Shown: piece after piece, positions 27,996-36,466 of the stretch | Layout: each line of letters starts with the position of its first letter | Numbering within the stretch: the stretch's first letter is position 1 | Source: Pelagibacterales bacterium SAG-MED31 | GTDB lineage: Bacteria > Pseudomonadota > Alphaproteobacteria > HIMB59 > GCA-002718135 | Direction: 5' to 3' | Assembly (NCBI GenBank): GCA_014653715.1 | Contig: JACWEB010000001.1 | Span: forward strand, 84,798 to 148,797 | Length of the DNA: 64,000 bases | Notes under the pieces: model-generated | Databases searched by the model: none | Told to the model about the DNA's origin: nothing | The model's input: only the letters and a program-made list of their open reading frames with translations | Position numbers and translations under genes: made by a program

Positions 27996-28039
27996 TTGTA
28001 ATACTTTTGTAAAAAAAATGTAATTAAATCTCTTGTAAT
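27996..28039 (+). promoter_or_regulatory. Cluster of Pho-box-like repeats upstream of phnS
   Basis: TTGTAAT (27996), TTGTAAA (28007) and ATGTAAT (28018) are in exact 11-bp phase. A fourth TTGTAAT lies at 28033. The phnS ATG is at 28097, preceded by GGGAGG. Confidence 0.55.
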
Positions 28040-28096
28040 ACATAATTTTTTATCTTTAATGAGGTAAATAGATAACTTTTATAAACGGGAGGTAAT

Positions 28097-29116
28097 ATGA
28101 AAAAAATAACTACTATAATAAGTTTTATAAGTGTATTTTTTTTAAATTTAGTAAATGCTAATGCTGGCTCTTTAACAGTGTACACAGCAATTGAAGCAGA
28201 AGATTTAAAAAGATATGCTGCGACTTTTAATGAGGATCATCCAGATATAGAAATTAATTGGGTTCGTGACTCAACTGGAATTGTTACTGCTAAATTATTA
28301 GCAGAAAAAAATAATCCGCAAGCAGATATTATTTGGGGATTAGCCGGAACAAGTCTTATGCTAATGAAAGGTGAAGGAATGTTTGAGCCTTACTCTCCAA
28401 AAGGCATAGACAAACTTGATCCAAAATTCCGTGATGGTGATGAGCCTGCTTCATGGACAGGTATTGATGCTTGGGTTGCTGCTGTATGTGTGAATACTGT
28501 TGAGATGGCAAAACATGGTTTCTCAATGCCTTCTTCTTGGGAAGATTTGACTAAACCTGAATATGCAGGACATGTAGCAATGCCAAATCCAAATTCATCA
28601 GGAACAGGTTTTTTAGATGTTTCAAGTTGGTTACAAATTTTTGGTGAAGATGGTGGTTGGGACTTTATGGATAGACTTCATAATAATATTTCTCACTACA
28701 CTCACTCAGGTTCAAAACCTTGTAAGCAAGCTGCTTCAGGAGAAGTTCCAATAGGAGTATCTTTCGCATTTAGAGGTGCAAGATCTAAAGCAAAAGGTGC
28801 GCCAATTGAAATTATTGTTCCATCAGAAGGTGTTGGATGGGAAATGGAAGCTAACGCAATACTTAAAGGTACTGATAACTTAGAGGATGCTAAAACTTTA
28901 GCAGACTGGGCTATTTCTAAAAAAGCAATGGAGATGTATAATGTGGCATATGCTGTTGTTGGAATGCCTGGGGTTGCAAAACCCGTTGAGCATTTTCCTC
29001 CAGCATTGTTAGGCGCAATGATCAAAAATGATTTTGAGTTTGCAGCAACAAATAGAAAGGCTATCCTTGCTGAATGGCAAAGTAGATACGATTCTAAATC
29101 AGAGCCAAAAAGCTAA
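28097..29116 (+). CDS. phnS: Putative 2-aminoethylphosphonate ABC transporter substrate-binding protein (PhnS2-like)
   Basis: Signal peptide, and an Fbp-like binding-protein fold. The block WVRDSTGIVTAKLLAEKNNPQADIIWGLAGTSL resembles the AEP-binding subfamily as I recall it. It is followed by the matching ATPase, fused permease and aminophosphonate oxidoreductase. Confidence 0.7.
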   Translation: MKKITTIISFISVFFLNLVNANAGSLTVYTAIEAEDLKRYAATFNEDHPDIEINWVRDSTGIVTAKLLAEKNNPQADIIWGLAGTSLMLMKGEGMFEPYSPKGIDKLDPKFRDGDEPASWTGIDAWVAAVCVNTVEMAKHGFSMPSSWEDLTKPEYAGHVAMPNPNSSGTGFLDVSSWLQIFGEDGGWDFMDRLHNNISHYTHSGSKPCKQAASGEVPIGVSFAFRGARSKAKGAPIEIIVPSEGVGWEMEANAILKGTDNLEDAKTLADWAISKKAMEMYNVAYAVVGMPGVAKPVEHFPPALLGAMIKNDFEFAATNRKAILAEWQSRYDSKSEPKS

Positions 29117-29131
29117 TTTAATCTAGAAAAT

Positions 29132-29164
29132 AAAAAGCTTACAATTAATTTTGTAAGCTTTTTA
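29132..29164 (+). terminator. Hairpin terminator/attenuator after phnS
   Basis: AAAAAGCTTACAA-TTAATT-TTGTAAGCTTTTT forms a 13-bp stem including A/T ends, followed by a T-run. It starts 16 nt after the phnS stop. Confidence 0.7.
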
Positions 29165-29177
29165 TTAATGTAATTTT

Positions 29178-30239
29178 ATGGAACAATATTTATCAGTAAA
29201 AAATATCAATAAGTACTTTGGGGATTTCCAAGCACTTAAAAATGTAAGTTTTGATGTTAAAGAAGGTGAGTTTGTATGCATACTAGGTCCTTCAGGATGT
29301 GGAAAAACAACTCTACTAAGAGTAATTGCAGGGCTAGAGAGTCAATCAGAGGGATTAATTAATCAAAACAATAAAGACATATCTTTACTTCCTCCTGATC
29401 AAAGAGACTTTGGAATTGTATTTCAATCTTATGCTTTATTTCCAAACTTAAGCGTAAAAAATAATATATCCTTTGGATTAAAAACAAGAAAAAAAAATAA
29501 AGAAACAATTGATAAAAGGGTTGATGAATTATTAGAATTAGTTGGTTTAAGTGATCATATAAATAAGTTTTCCGCTCAATTATCCGGTGGCGAACAACAA
29601 CGTGTTGCATTAGCAAGAGCTTTAGCGCCTTCCCCAGGATTATTACTTTTAGATGAACCTCTTTCAGCATTAGATGCAAAAGTAAGACAGCATTTACGGT
29701 TAGAAATAAAAAATCTTCAAAGACAGTTAGGCGTGACTACAATTATGGTTACTCATGATCAAGAAGAGGCATTAACTATGGCGGATAGAATCATATTAAT
29801 GAATAATGGAGTTATTGAACAAGAAGGATCACCTCAAGATCTGTATTCAAAACCAGAAACTGCGTTTTCTGCAAATTTTATAGGAACAACAAATTTATTT
29901 AAAGCTAAAAGAATTTCTGAAAATAGTCTTGAAATTAATGGATCAATATTAGAATGTAATGAAAATATAAAAGATGATTTATTAACAATAACAATCAGAC
30001 CAGAGGATATTAAGATTTGTGAAACTGGTAGTGAAAAAAATATTTTAAAAGGGACAATAAAAGAGCTTGAGTTTTTAGGGTCAAATATTAGAGGGCATAT
30101 AGAAGTAGACTTCAAATCAGAAAAGACAAATGTTATTTGTAATTTTGCCTCTGAATATATTTTAAATAATAATATTCAAAATAATTCTTCTGTTAGCATT
30201 TCACTACAACCGCATGCACTTAAAGTTGTTAAGGCATAG
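29178..30239 (+). CDS. phnT: Putative AEP ABC transporter ATP-binding protein (PhnT2-like)
   Basis: GPSGCGKTT, LSGGEQQRVALARAL, LLLDEP, and a C-terminal TOBE-like regulatory domain. Confidence 0.7.
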   Translation: MEQYLSVKNINKYFGDFQALKNVSFDVKEGEFVCILGPSGCGKTTLLRVIAGLESQSEGLINQNNKDISLLPPDQRDFGIVFQSYALFPNLSVKNNISFGLKTRKKNKETIDKRVDELLELVGLSDHINKFSAQLSGGEQQRVALARALAPSPGLLLLDEPLSALDAKVRQHLRLEIKNLQRQLGVTTIMVTHDQEEALTMADRIILMNNGVIEQEGSPQDLYSKPETAFSANFIGTTNLFKAKRISENSLEINGSILECNENIKDDLLTITIRPEDIKICETGSEKNILKGTIKELEFLGSNIRGHIEVDFKSEKTNVICNFASEYILNNNIQNNSSVSISLQPHALKVVKA

Positions 30240-30247
30240 ATTTAACT

Positions 30248-31915
30248 ATGAAAAAAAGTAGAGACGATTATCTAACCATATTTTTTATATCAATTATAGG
30301 TATTTATATTTTGATAGCGCTTGCTTTTCCGATGTATGCAATATTATCAAAAAGTGTTGAAAATAAAGATGGTATTTTTATAGGTTTTGAAAACTATCAA
30401 AGTTATTTTTCAAATCCTGCCTTAGTATATTCAATATATAACAGTTTATTTATTTCCATTATTACAATGGTTATAACAATATCTTTAGCATTTGTTTTTG
30501 CCTATGCACTTACAAAGAGTTGCATGATAGGAAAAAGTGTATTTCGATCAATCGCAATGATCCCTATTTTAGTGCCATCTCTTTTATCTGGTATTTCTCT
30601 TATTTATCTCTTTGGCAAACAAGGAATATTTAGAGATTTAATGATGGGTTACGATATCTATGGTCCTATTGGTATCATTATAGCTGAAGTTTTTTATACC
30701 TTCCCACATGCATTGCTTATTATTATTACAGCATTATCAATAGGGGATGCAAGGTTATACGAAGCAGCAAAAGTTTTACGATCAAAATCTATTCGGACTT
30801 TTTTTACTGTTACCCTTCCTTCAGCAAAATATGGTGTTATCAGTGCAGCATTTGTGGTTTTCACTTTAGTTATTACAGACTTTGGAATTCCTAAAGTTAT
30901 AGGCGGGCAATTTAATGTTCTTGCAGTTGATGTATACAAGCAAGTAATAGGGCAACAAAATTTTGAAATGGGAGCTGTTGTAAGTGTTGTGCTTATTTTT
31001 CCCGCTCTTTTAGCTTTTGTAGTCGATCGTATTGTTCAAAGAAAACAAGTAGCTATATTAACCTCTCGCTCCGTTGTGCATGAACCAAATAAAAGTAAAA
31101 AATTTGATTTAATTATGCTTATTTATTGTTCTGTTATATCCGTGTTTATTCTTACTATTATAGGGATGTGTTTATACGCAAGTCTAGTTACGTTTTGGCC
31201 CTACAATTTATCTCTTTCATTAGATAACTATCAATTTGATTTAATGGATGGAGGAGGATGGGATTCATATTACAACTCAATTCGTATGGCTTGTTACACA
31301 GCTTTTTTTGGAACAATTGTTGTCTTTACTGGAGCATATTTTGTAGAAAAATCACGAAGTGTTAAGACAGGACGCTCAATTCTTCATTTATTATCTATGA
31401 TGCCTATGGCTATTCCAGGTTTAGTGCTAGGACTTGCTTACATTTTCTTTTTTAATCATCCTGATAATCCATTAAATTTTATATACGGCACAATGGCAAT
31501 ATTAGTAATTTGTACAATCACTCACTTTTATACTGTATCTCATTTAACAGCACTAACATCATTAAAACAAATAGATAATGAATTTGAGCATGTATCGTCT
31601 TCACTTAAACAGCCTTTTTATAAAACTTTTTTTCGTGTAACAGTACCAATTAGTCTTCCAGCAATTTTTGAAATTGGTATTTATTTCTTTGTAAATGCAA
31701 TGACTACAGTATCAGCTGTTGTTTTTCTTTATAGCTCTAAAACAAATTTAGCATCGGTTGCCGTTTTAAATATGGATGATGCTGGAGACATTGCGCCTGC
31801 TGCTGCTATGGGAATGATGATTTTTTATACAAATGCTGCAGTTAGAATTATTTATGTACTGATAACTAAGAAAATATTAGTTAGATTTCAAAAATGGCGA
31901 ACAAAAACTGTATAA
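30248..31915 (+). CDS. phnU: Putative AEP ABC transporter fused two-domain permease (PhnU2-like)
   Basis: 555 aa with two six-helix permease modules, as in the fused iron(III)/AEP-type permeases. Confidence 0.7.
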   Translation: MKKSRDDYLTIFFISIIGIYILIALAFPMYAILSKSVENKDGIFIGFENYQSYFSNPALVYSIYNSLFISIITMVITISLAFVFAYALTKSCMIGKSVFRSIAMIPILVPSLLSGISLIYLFGKQGIFRDLMMGYDIYGPIGIIIAEVFYTFPHALLIIITALSIGDARLYEAAKVLRSKSIRTFFTVTLPSAKYGVISAAFVVFTLVITDFGIPKVIGGQFNVLAVDVYKQVIGQQNFEMGAVVSVVLIFPALLAFVVDRIVQRKQVAILTSRSVVHEPNKSKKFDLIMLIYCSVISVFILTIIGMCLYASLVTFWPYNLSLSLDNYQFDLMDGGGWDSYYNSIRMACYTAFFGTIVVFTGAYFVEKSRSVKTGRSILHLLSMMPMAIPGLVLGLAYIFFFNHPDNPLNFIYGTMAILVICTITHFYTVSHLTALTSLKQIDNEFEHVSSSLKQPFYKTFFRVTVPISLPAIFEIGIYFFVNAMTTVSAVVFLYSSKTNLASVAVLNMDDAGDIAPAAAMGMMIFYTNAAVRIIYVLITKKILVRFQKWRTKTV

Positions 31916-31928
31916 TTATATTACTTTA

Positions 31929-33344
31929 ATGGATTTACATTATCAATCACCTTGGTTTAATGAAGCTTTAGCAAAAGAAGAAAATTTAAAAATTAGTGAA
32001 TTAAATTTAAATCTTTCTTGTGACGTTTGTATTATTGGGGGTGGGTTCACAGGTCTGTGGACTGCAATTAAAATTAAAGAAAAAAAACCCAAACTAAATA
32101 TTATTTTAATTGAAAAAGATTTATGTGGAAGTGGTGCTTCAGGAAGAAACGGTGGTTGTATGATACCTCAATCAACAAAATTTCAAGGAATAAGAGATGT
32201 GGTTGGTGTTAATGATGCAAAAAAAATGGTTTTGTCAACTGAAGCTGCAGTAAAAAATATAAAAGATTTTTGTTCTGAAAATAAGATTAATGCAGAAATA
32301 AGAGATGATGGCGTTTTATACGGTGCTACAAATAAATTCCATCAAGGGGCTTTTGAAAATCTTATAAGAGATTTAAATCAACATAATATAAATAGCTGGG
32401 AAAGATTATCAAAAGAAAAAGTCCAAGACTTAACAAAATCAAAAAAATTTATTGATGGTTATTTTTCACCAATAGGCGGAAGTTTACAGCCAGCTATTCT
32501 TGTAAGAGGTCTGAAAAAATTAGCTGAAAATATTGGCATTAAAATTTTTGAAAAAAGTACTGTAACTTCTTATAATTATAAAAAAGAGATACTTGTAAAA
32601 ACTAAGAATGGATCAGTATCTTGTGAGAAATTAGTGTTCGCAATCAATGCATGGACTCCAAAATTTTTACCTTTTTTATCAAGAAGCGTAGTTTTAGTTT
32701 CTTCCGATATGATAATTAGTGAACCAATAAAACACCAATTACAAAATATCGGTTTAACTAATGGGCTTGTAATATTAGACTCTAATTTATTTACTCATTA
32801 TTCTAGAACAACTCCAGATGGAAAAATTATCTTAGGCAAGGGAGGAAATACTTTTTCTTTTAGAAATAAAGTTATTGATTCATTTGATGGTCCGAGCACT
32901 ATTGAAAAATATTTAAAAAAATCACTAGTGAGTTTCTATCCTTCGCTCAAAGAAGCAAAAATTACTGCATCTTGGAATGGTCCTTCTGAGAGAACAAAAA
33001 CTGGATTTCCTTTTTTTGGATACCATCCAAAAAATAAAAATATTTCATATGCTTTTGGTTATTCAGGAAATGGCGTTCTTACGTGTCATGTTGGTGGAGA
33101 AATATTAAGCAGTATGACTCTTGATGAAAATAATAAGTGGACTGATAGTAATTTTTGTAAAGGACCATTAAAAAACTTTCCTCCTGAACCATTTAGATGG
33201 TTAGGCGCCATGATAATAAGAAATGCTGTACGAAGAAAGGAAAATGCTCAGGAAAAAGAGATAAATCCAAATTGGATTGATAAACAGCTTGCAAAACTTG
33301 CTGCTTCTGTTGGAAGAGTCGATCTTAAGAAGAATAAAAATTAA
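31929..33344 (+). CDS. FAD-dependent aminophosphonate oxidoreductase (DAO family)
   Basis: Dinucleotide fold VCIIGGGFTGLWTA, 471 aa. It sits directly after phnS/T/U, the context of the family annotated as putative aminophosphonate oxidoreductase (PbfC/PbfD-like). Confidence 0.65.
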   Translation: MDLHYQSPWFNEALAKEENLKISELNLNLSCDVCIIGGGFTGLWTAIKIKEKKPKLNIILIEKDLCGSGASGRNGGCMIPQSTKFQGIRDVVGVNDAKKMVLSTEAAVKNIKDFCSENKINAEIRDDGVLYGATNKFHQGAFENLIRDLNQHNINSWERLSKEKVQDLTKSKKFIDGYFSPIGGSLQPAILVRGLKKLAENIGIKIFEKSTVTSYNYKKEILVKTKNGSVSCEKLVFAINAWTPKFLPFLSRSVVLVSSDMIISEPIKHQLQNIGLTNGLVILDSNLFTHYSRTTPDGKIILGKGGNTFSFRNKVIDSFDGPSTIEKYLKKSLVSFYPSLKEAKITASWNGPSERTKTGFPFFGYHPKNKNISYAFGYSGNGVLTCHVGGEILSSMTLDENNKWTDSNFCKGPLKNFPPEPFRWLGAMIIRNAVRRKENAQEKEINPNWIDKQLAKLAASVGRVDLKKNKN

Positions 33345-33559
33345 TTCTTATTTTTTTTAATAGCACTTATGTGTTGATTAAAGTCAGGATTTTGCATCAA
33401 TAATTTACAGCGTTCAAAATGCTCTATTATTTAAACACAAAAACCTTTTAAACCTTCAACTTTCTAAAATATATTTTGTAAATATATTTGATATTAATTT
33501 TTTTATAATATTTTTTTGTTGACCATTAGCTATTATAATTATTAAACATAAATATTAAA

Positions 33560-34324
33560 ATGAAATTAAAAAATAAAAAAGTAATTATTACAGGTGGTGC
33601 TTCTGGAATGGGAAAAGCTACTGCAGAATTATTTTGTCGTGAAGGCGCAATAGTTGCCATCATGGATATTAATAAAGCTGAAGGGGAAAAAACAATTAGT
33701 CAAATTAATTCAAATATTGAAAAGGCATTTTTCTTTCATACTGATTTAACAAAATCTAAAGAAGTCAAAAAATCAATTAATCAAATTATAGATTTGTTTG
33801 GGACAATTAATATTCTATTTAACCATGCTGGAACAATAATAGTTAAGCCCCTTCATGAATCTTCTGAAGAAGACTATGATTATTTAATGAATATTAACGT
33901 AAGATCTGCTTTTCTTGTGTGTAACGAAATAATTCCTTCAATGTTAAAAAATAAAGGAGGTAATATAATTATTACTTCATCAATTGGGGGAGAAAAAGGT
34001 TTTGCTTTGGAATCTTTATACTGCATGACAAAGGGGGCTGTTTTACAATTAGCTAGATCAATTGCTGTTGAATATAGAGATCAGGGAATTAGATGTAATG
34101 CAATTTGCCCAGGATTTGTTAAAACTAATCACGGATTAAGAGAAATAAAAGAATTAGATGAGCAAGGACAAAATTGGAATGAAAACGATTTGCATTCTGT
34201 TCAGGGGAGAATATGTAAACCAGAAGAGGTTGCATCTGCAGTTTTATACTTAGCGTCTGATGATTCTAGTTTTGTTAATGGAACTGCTTTGTATGTTGAT
34301 AATGGTTGGTATGCTAAAGGATAA
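33560..34324 (+). CDS. Short-chain dehydrogenase/reductase (SDR)
   Basis: TGGASGMGKA cofactor motif, catalytic YCMTKGA (YxxxK), NAICPG. Confidence 0.8.
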   Translation: MKLKNKKVIITGGASGMGKATAELFCREGAIVAIMDINKAEGEKTISQINSNIEKAFFFHTDLTKSKEVKKSINQIIDLFGTINILFNHAGTIIVKPLHESSEEDYDYLMNINVRSAFLVCNEIIPSMLKNKGGNIIITSSIGGEKGFALESLYCMTKGAVLQLARSIAVEYRDQGIRCNAICPGFVKTNHGLREIKELDEQGQNWNENDLHSVQGRICKPEEVASAVLYLASDDSSFVNGTALYVDNGWYAKG

Positions 34325-34327
34325 TAA

Positions 34328-35338
34328 GTGAATCAAACACCTAAACTAATTTGTAAAAATGTTTGGAAATTATACGGAGATAATCCAAAAGAATTTTTAC
34401 AAAGTCACAATAATAATCCTAATAAAGAAATAATAAAAACAGGTGGTTATATTCAGGCAATTAGAAATGCTTCTTTAGAAGTTTATGAAAATGAGATTCT
34501 TGTAATAATGGGACTAAGTGGATCAGGAAAATCAACTTTAGTAAGGTGTATGTCAAGATTAGTTGAGCCAACCATTGGAGAAATATTTTTTGAAAATATT
34601 GATATGGGAAAATTATCAAAAAATGAATTAATTGAAATTAGAAGACATAAGATGGGAATGGTGTTTCAGCACTTTGCACTTTTCCCTCATAGAACTGTCA
34701 TTGAAAATATTGCTTTCCCTTTAGAGATTCAAGGTATAAGCAGAAGAGATAGAGAAAAATCTGCTTTAGAAATAATTGAGTTAGTAGGCTTACAAGGAAG
34801 AGAAAATTATTTTCCTAAAGAGCTTTCAGGTGGACAGCAGCAAAGAGTTGGTATTGGACGTTCATTAGCTGTCAAACCAGAGTTATGGTTTTTAGATGAA
34901 CCTTTTTCTGCTCTTGATCCCTTAATAAGAAAAGAGATGCAAAATGAATTTTTAAAAATTCAAAACACATTAAAAAAAACTATTATTTTTATTACTCATG
35001 ATTTTGATGAAGCAATTAAATTGGCAGATAGAATAATAATTATGAACGAAGGCAGAATAGTTCAAATTGGAAGTCCTGAAGATTTAATTATGAAGCCTGC
35101 AGATGATTATGTAAAGGAATTTACTGAAGATCTTCCAAGAGAAAGATTATTGTCTGTAAAAAGTATAATGAGTAATGAAAAAGATCTTAATAACTCAACA
35201 AAAGTAAATGAGGATGAAAAAATATTTTCAATTCTTGAAAAAGTTCTCTCAAAAGGTTCAGTTTCAGTAATCGATAAATCAAATAATGTTGTAGGCTCAT
35301 TAAGCAAAGAGACGGTTTCAAAATTTATTAATAACTAA
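34328..35338 (+). CDS. Quaternary-amine (ProV/OpuAA-type) ABC transporter ATP-binding protein
   Basis: GTG start 4 nt after the SDR stop. [27 protein letters not shown]. The N-terminal extension before Walker A is typical of ProV. Confidence 0.75.
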   Translation: MNQTPKLICKNVWKLYGDNPKEFLQSHNNNPNKEIIKTGGYIQAIRNASLEVYENEILVIMGLSGSGKSTLVRCMSRLVEPTIGEIFFENIDMGKLSKNELIEIRRHKMGMVFQHFALFPHRTVIENIAFPLEIQGISRRDREKSALEIIELVGLQGRENYFPKELSGGQQQRVGIGRSLAVKPELWFLDEPFSALDPLIRKEMQNEFLKIQNTLKKTIIFITHDFDEAIKLADRIIIMNEGRIVQIGSPEDLIMKPADDYVKEFTEDLPRERLLSVKSIMSNEKDLNNSTKVNEDEKIFSILEKVLSKGSVSVIDKSNNVVGSLSKETVSKFINN

Positions 35339-35464
35339 TTAAAGCAGTAATATTTATAAAATCTATATATTATTAATATAATTTATATTTTATTAGTTTT
35401 TTTTAGTAGTTTTATACAATAGTTTTATTTAGTATTTTTATATAATTAAATACTGGGAGGTAAA

Positions 35465-36412
35465 ATGATAATTCTTAAAAAGAAATTAAGTGTTTTAATT
35501 AGTTTAATTTTTATTTTATTTGCACAAAATGTATATGCAGTAGAATCAAAAGATCCTATCAAGCTCACTTTACATGATTGGACTGGTCAATTGATTACAA
35601 CGAATATTATGGCTGAAGTTCTAAAGGAAGCAGGCTACAATGTAGAACTTGTTCCAGCTGATTATATTGCACAATTTGCAGGTCTTCAAACAGGAGATCT
35701 TCATGTTGCAATGGAAATGTGGGAAACAACTGGTCGTGATGCAATTGATGAATATACTGCTGATGGAAGAGTAGTCAATGTAGGTAGTACAGGAATGGAT
35801 GCAATAGAGGAGTGGTGGTACCCTTCATATATGAAAGAAAAATGTCCAGGATTGCCAAATTGGGAAGCGCTGAATGATTGCGCAGAAGCTTTTTCTACAC
35901 CTGAAACATCTCCAAAAGGAAGATACTTAGGTGGACCTGTAACCTGGGGTGGTTATGATGATGAACGTGTTGAAGCTCTTGAGTTAGATTGGGAAGTAAT
36001 TCATGCAGGAACTGATGGAGCCCTTTTTGGCGAATTAGAATCTGCATATCAAAGAAAAGCTCCAATAATGCTTTGGGTTTATGCACCTCATTGGGCACCT
36101 TCTAAATATGATGGAGAATTTGTAGATTTTCCACCTTACACAACTGAATGTTATACTAATCCATCTTGGGGTATAAATAAAAATGCTGCTTATGATTGTG
36201 GTAAACCAAGAGGACCTATTTGGAAAGTTGCATCCAGTATGCTGAAAGATAAATGGCCCGGTGCTTATGATGCTGTAGAATCATTTACACTTGATAGTAA
36301 TGAAATGGGTAATCTTGTAGCAGCTGTTGACCTAGACGGTAATACTGTGGAAGCAGTAGTAGCTGATTGGATGTCTAATAATAAAGATAGATGGAGTTCT
36401 TGGATTAACTAA
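35465..36412 (+). CDS. Glycine-betaine-type (ProX/OpuAC-like) substrate-binding protein
   Basis: Signal peptide. The blocks LHDWTGQ, MEMWETTG and EEWWYPSY are typical of the betaine-binding family and provide Trp candidates for an aromatic cage. Confidence 0.7.
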   Translation: MIILKKKLSVLISLIFILFAQNVYAVESKDPIKLTLHDWTGQLITTNIMAEVLKEAGYNVELVPADYIAQFAGLQTGDLHVAMEMWETTGRDAIDEYTADGRVVNVGSTGMDAIEEWWYPSYMKEKCPGLPNWEALNDCAEAFSTPETSPKGRYLGGPVTWGGYDDERVEALELDWEVIHAGTDGALFGELESAYQRKAPIMLWVYAPHWAPSKYDGEFVDFPPYTTECYTNPSWGINKNAAYDCGKPRGPIWKVASSMLKDKWPGAYDAVESFTLDSNEMGNLVAAVDLDGNTVEAVVADWMSNNKDRWSSWIN

Positions 36413-36432
36413 ACCTTATAAATTTATTCTTT

Positions 36433-36460
36433 AGGGGGATATAAATCCCCCTTTTATTTT
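36433..36460 (+). terminator. Hairpin terminator/attenuator after the ProX-like gene
   Basis: AGGGGGAT-ATAA-ATCCCCCT followed by TTTTATTTT. It starts 21 nt after the stop. Confidence 0.8.
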
Positions 36461-36466
36461 TAAAAC

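Noticed and set aside
33345-33559. A 215-bp spacer between the FAD oxidoreductase and the SDR. I examined it for a Pho box (TTGTAAA-TATA-TTTGATA at 33476-33493), a promoter (TTGACC ... TATAAT-like), a riboswitch or a small gene.
   Set aside because: The second half-site is poor (3 of 7 in phase). The -35/-10 spacing is ambiguous. I saw no convincing conserved-looking structure or ORF. It is probably an ordinary internal promoter region, left uncalled.
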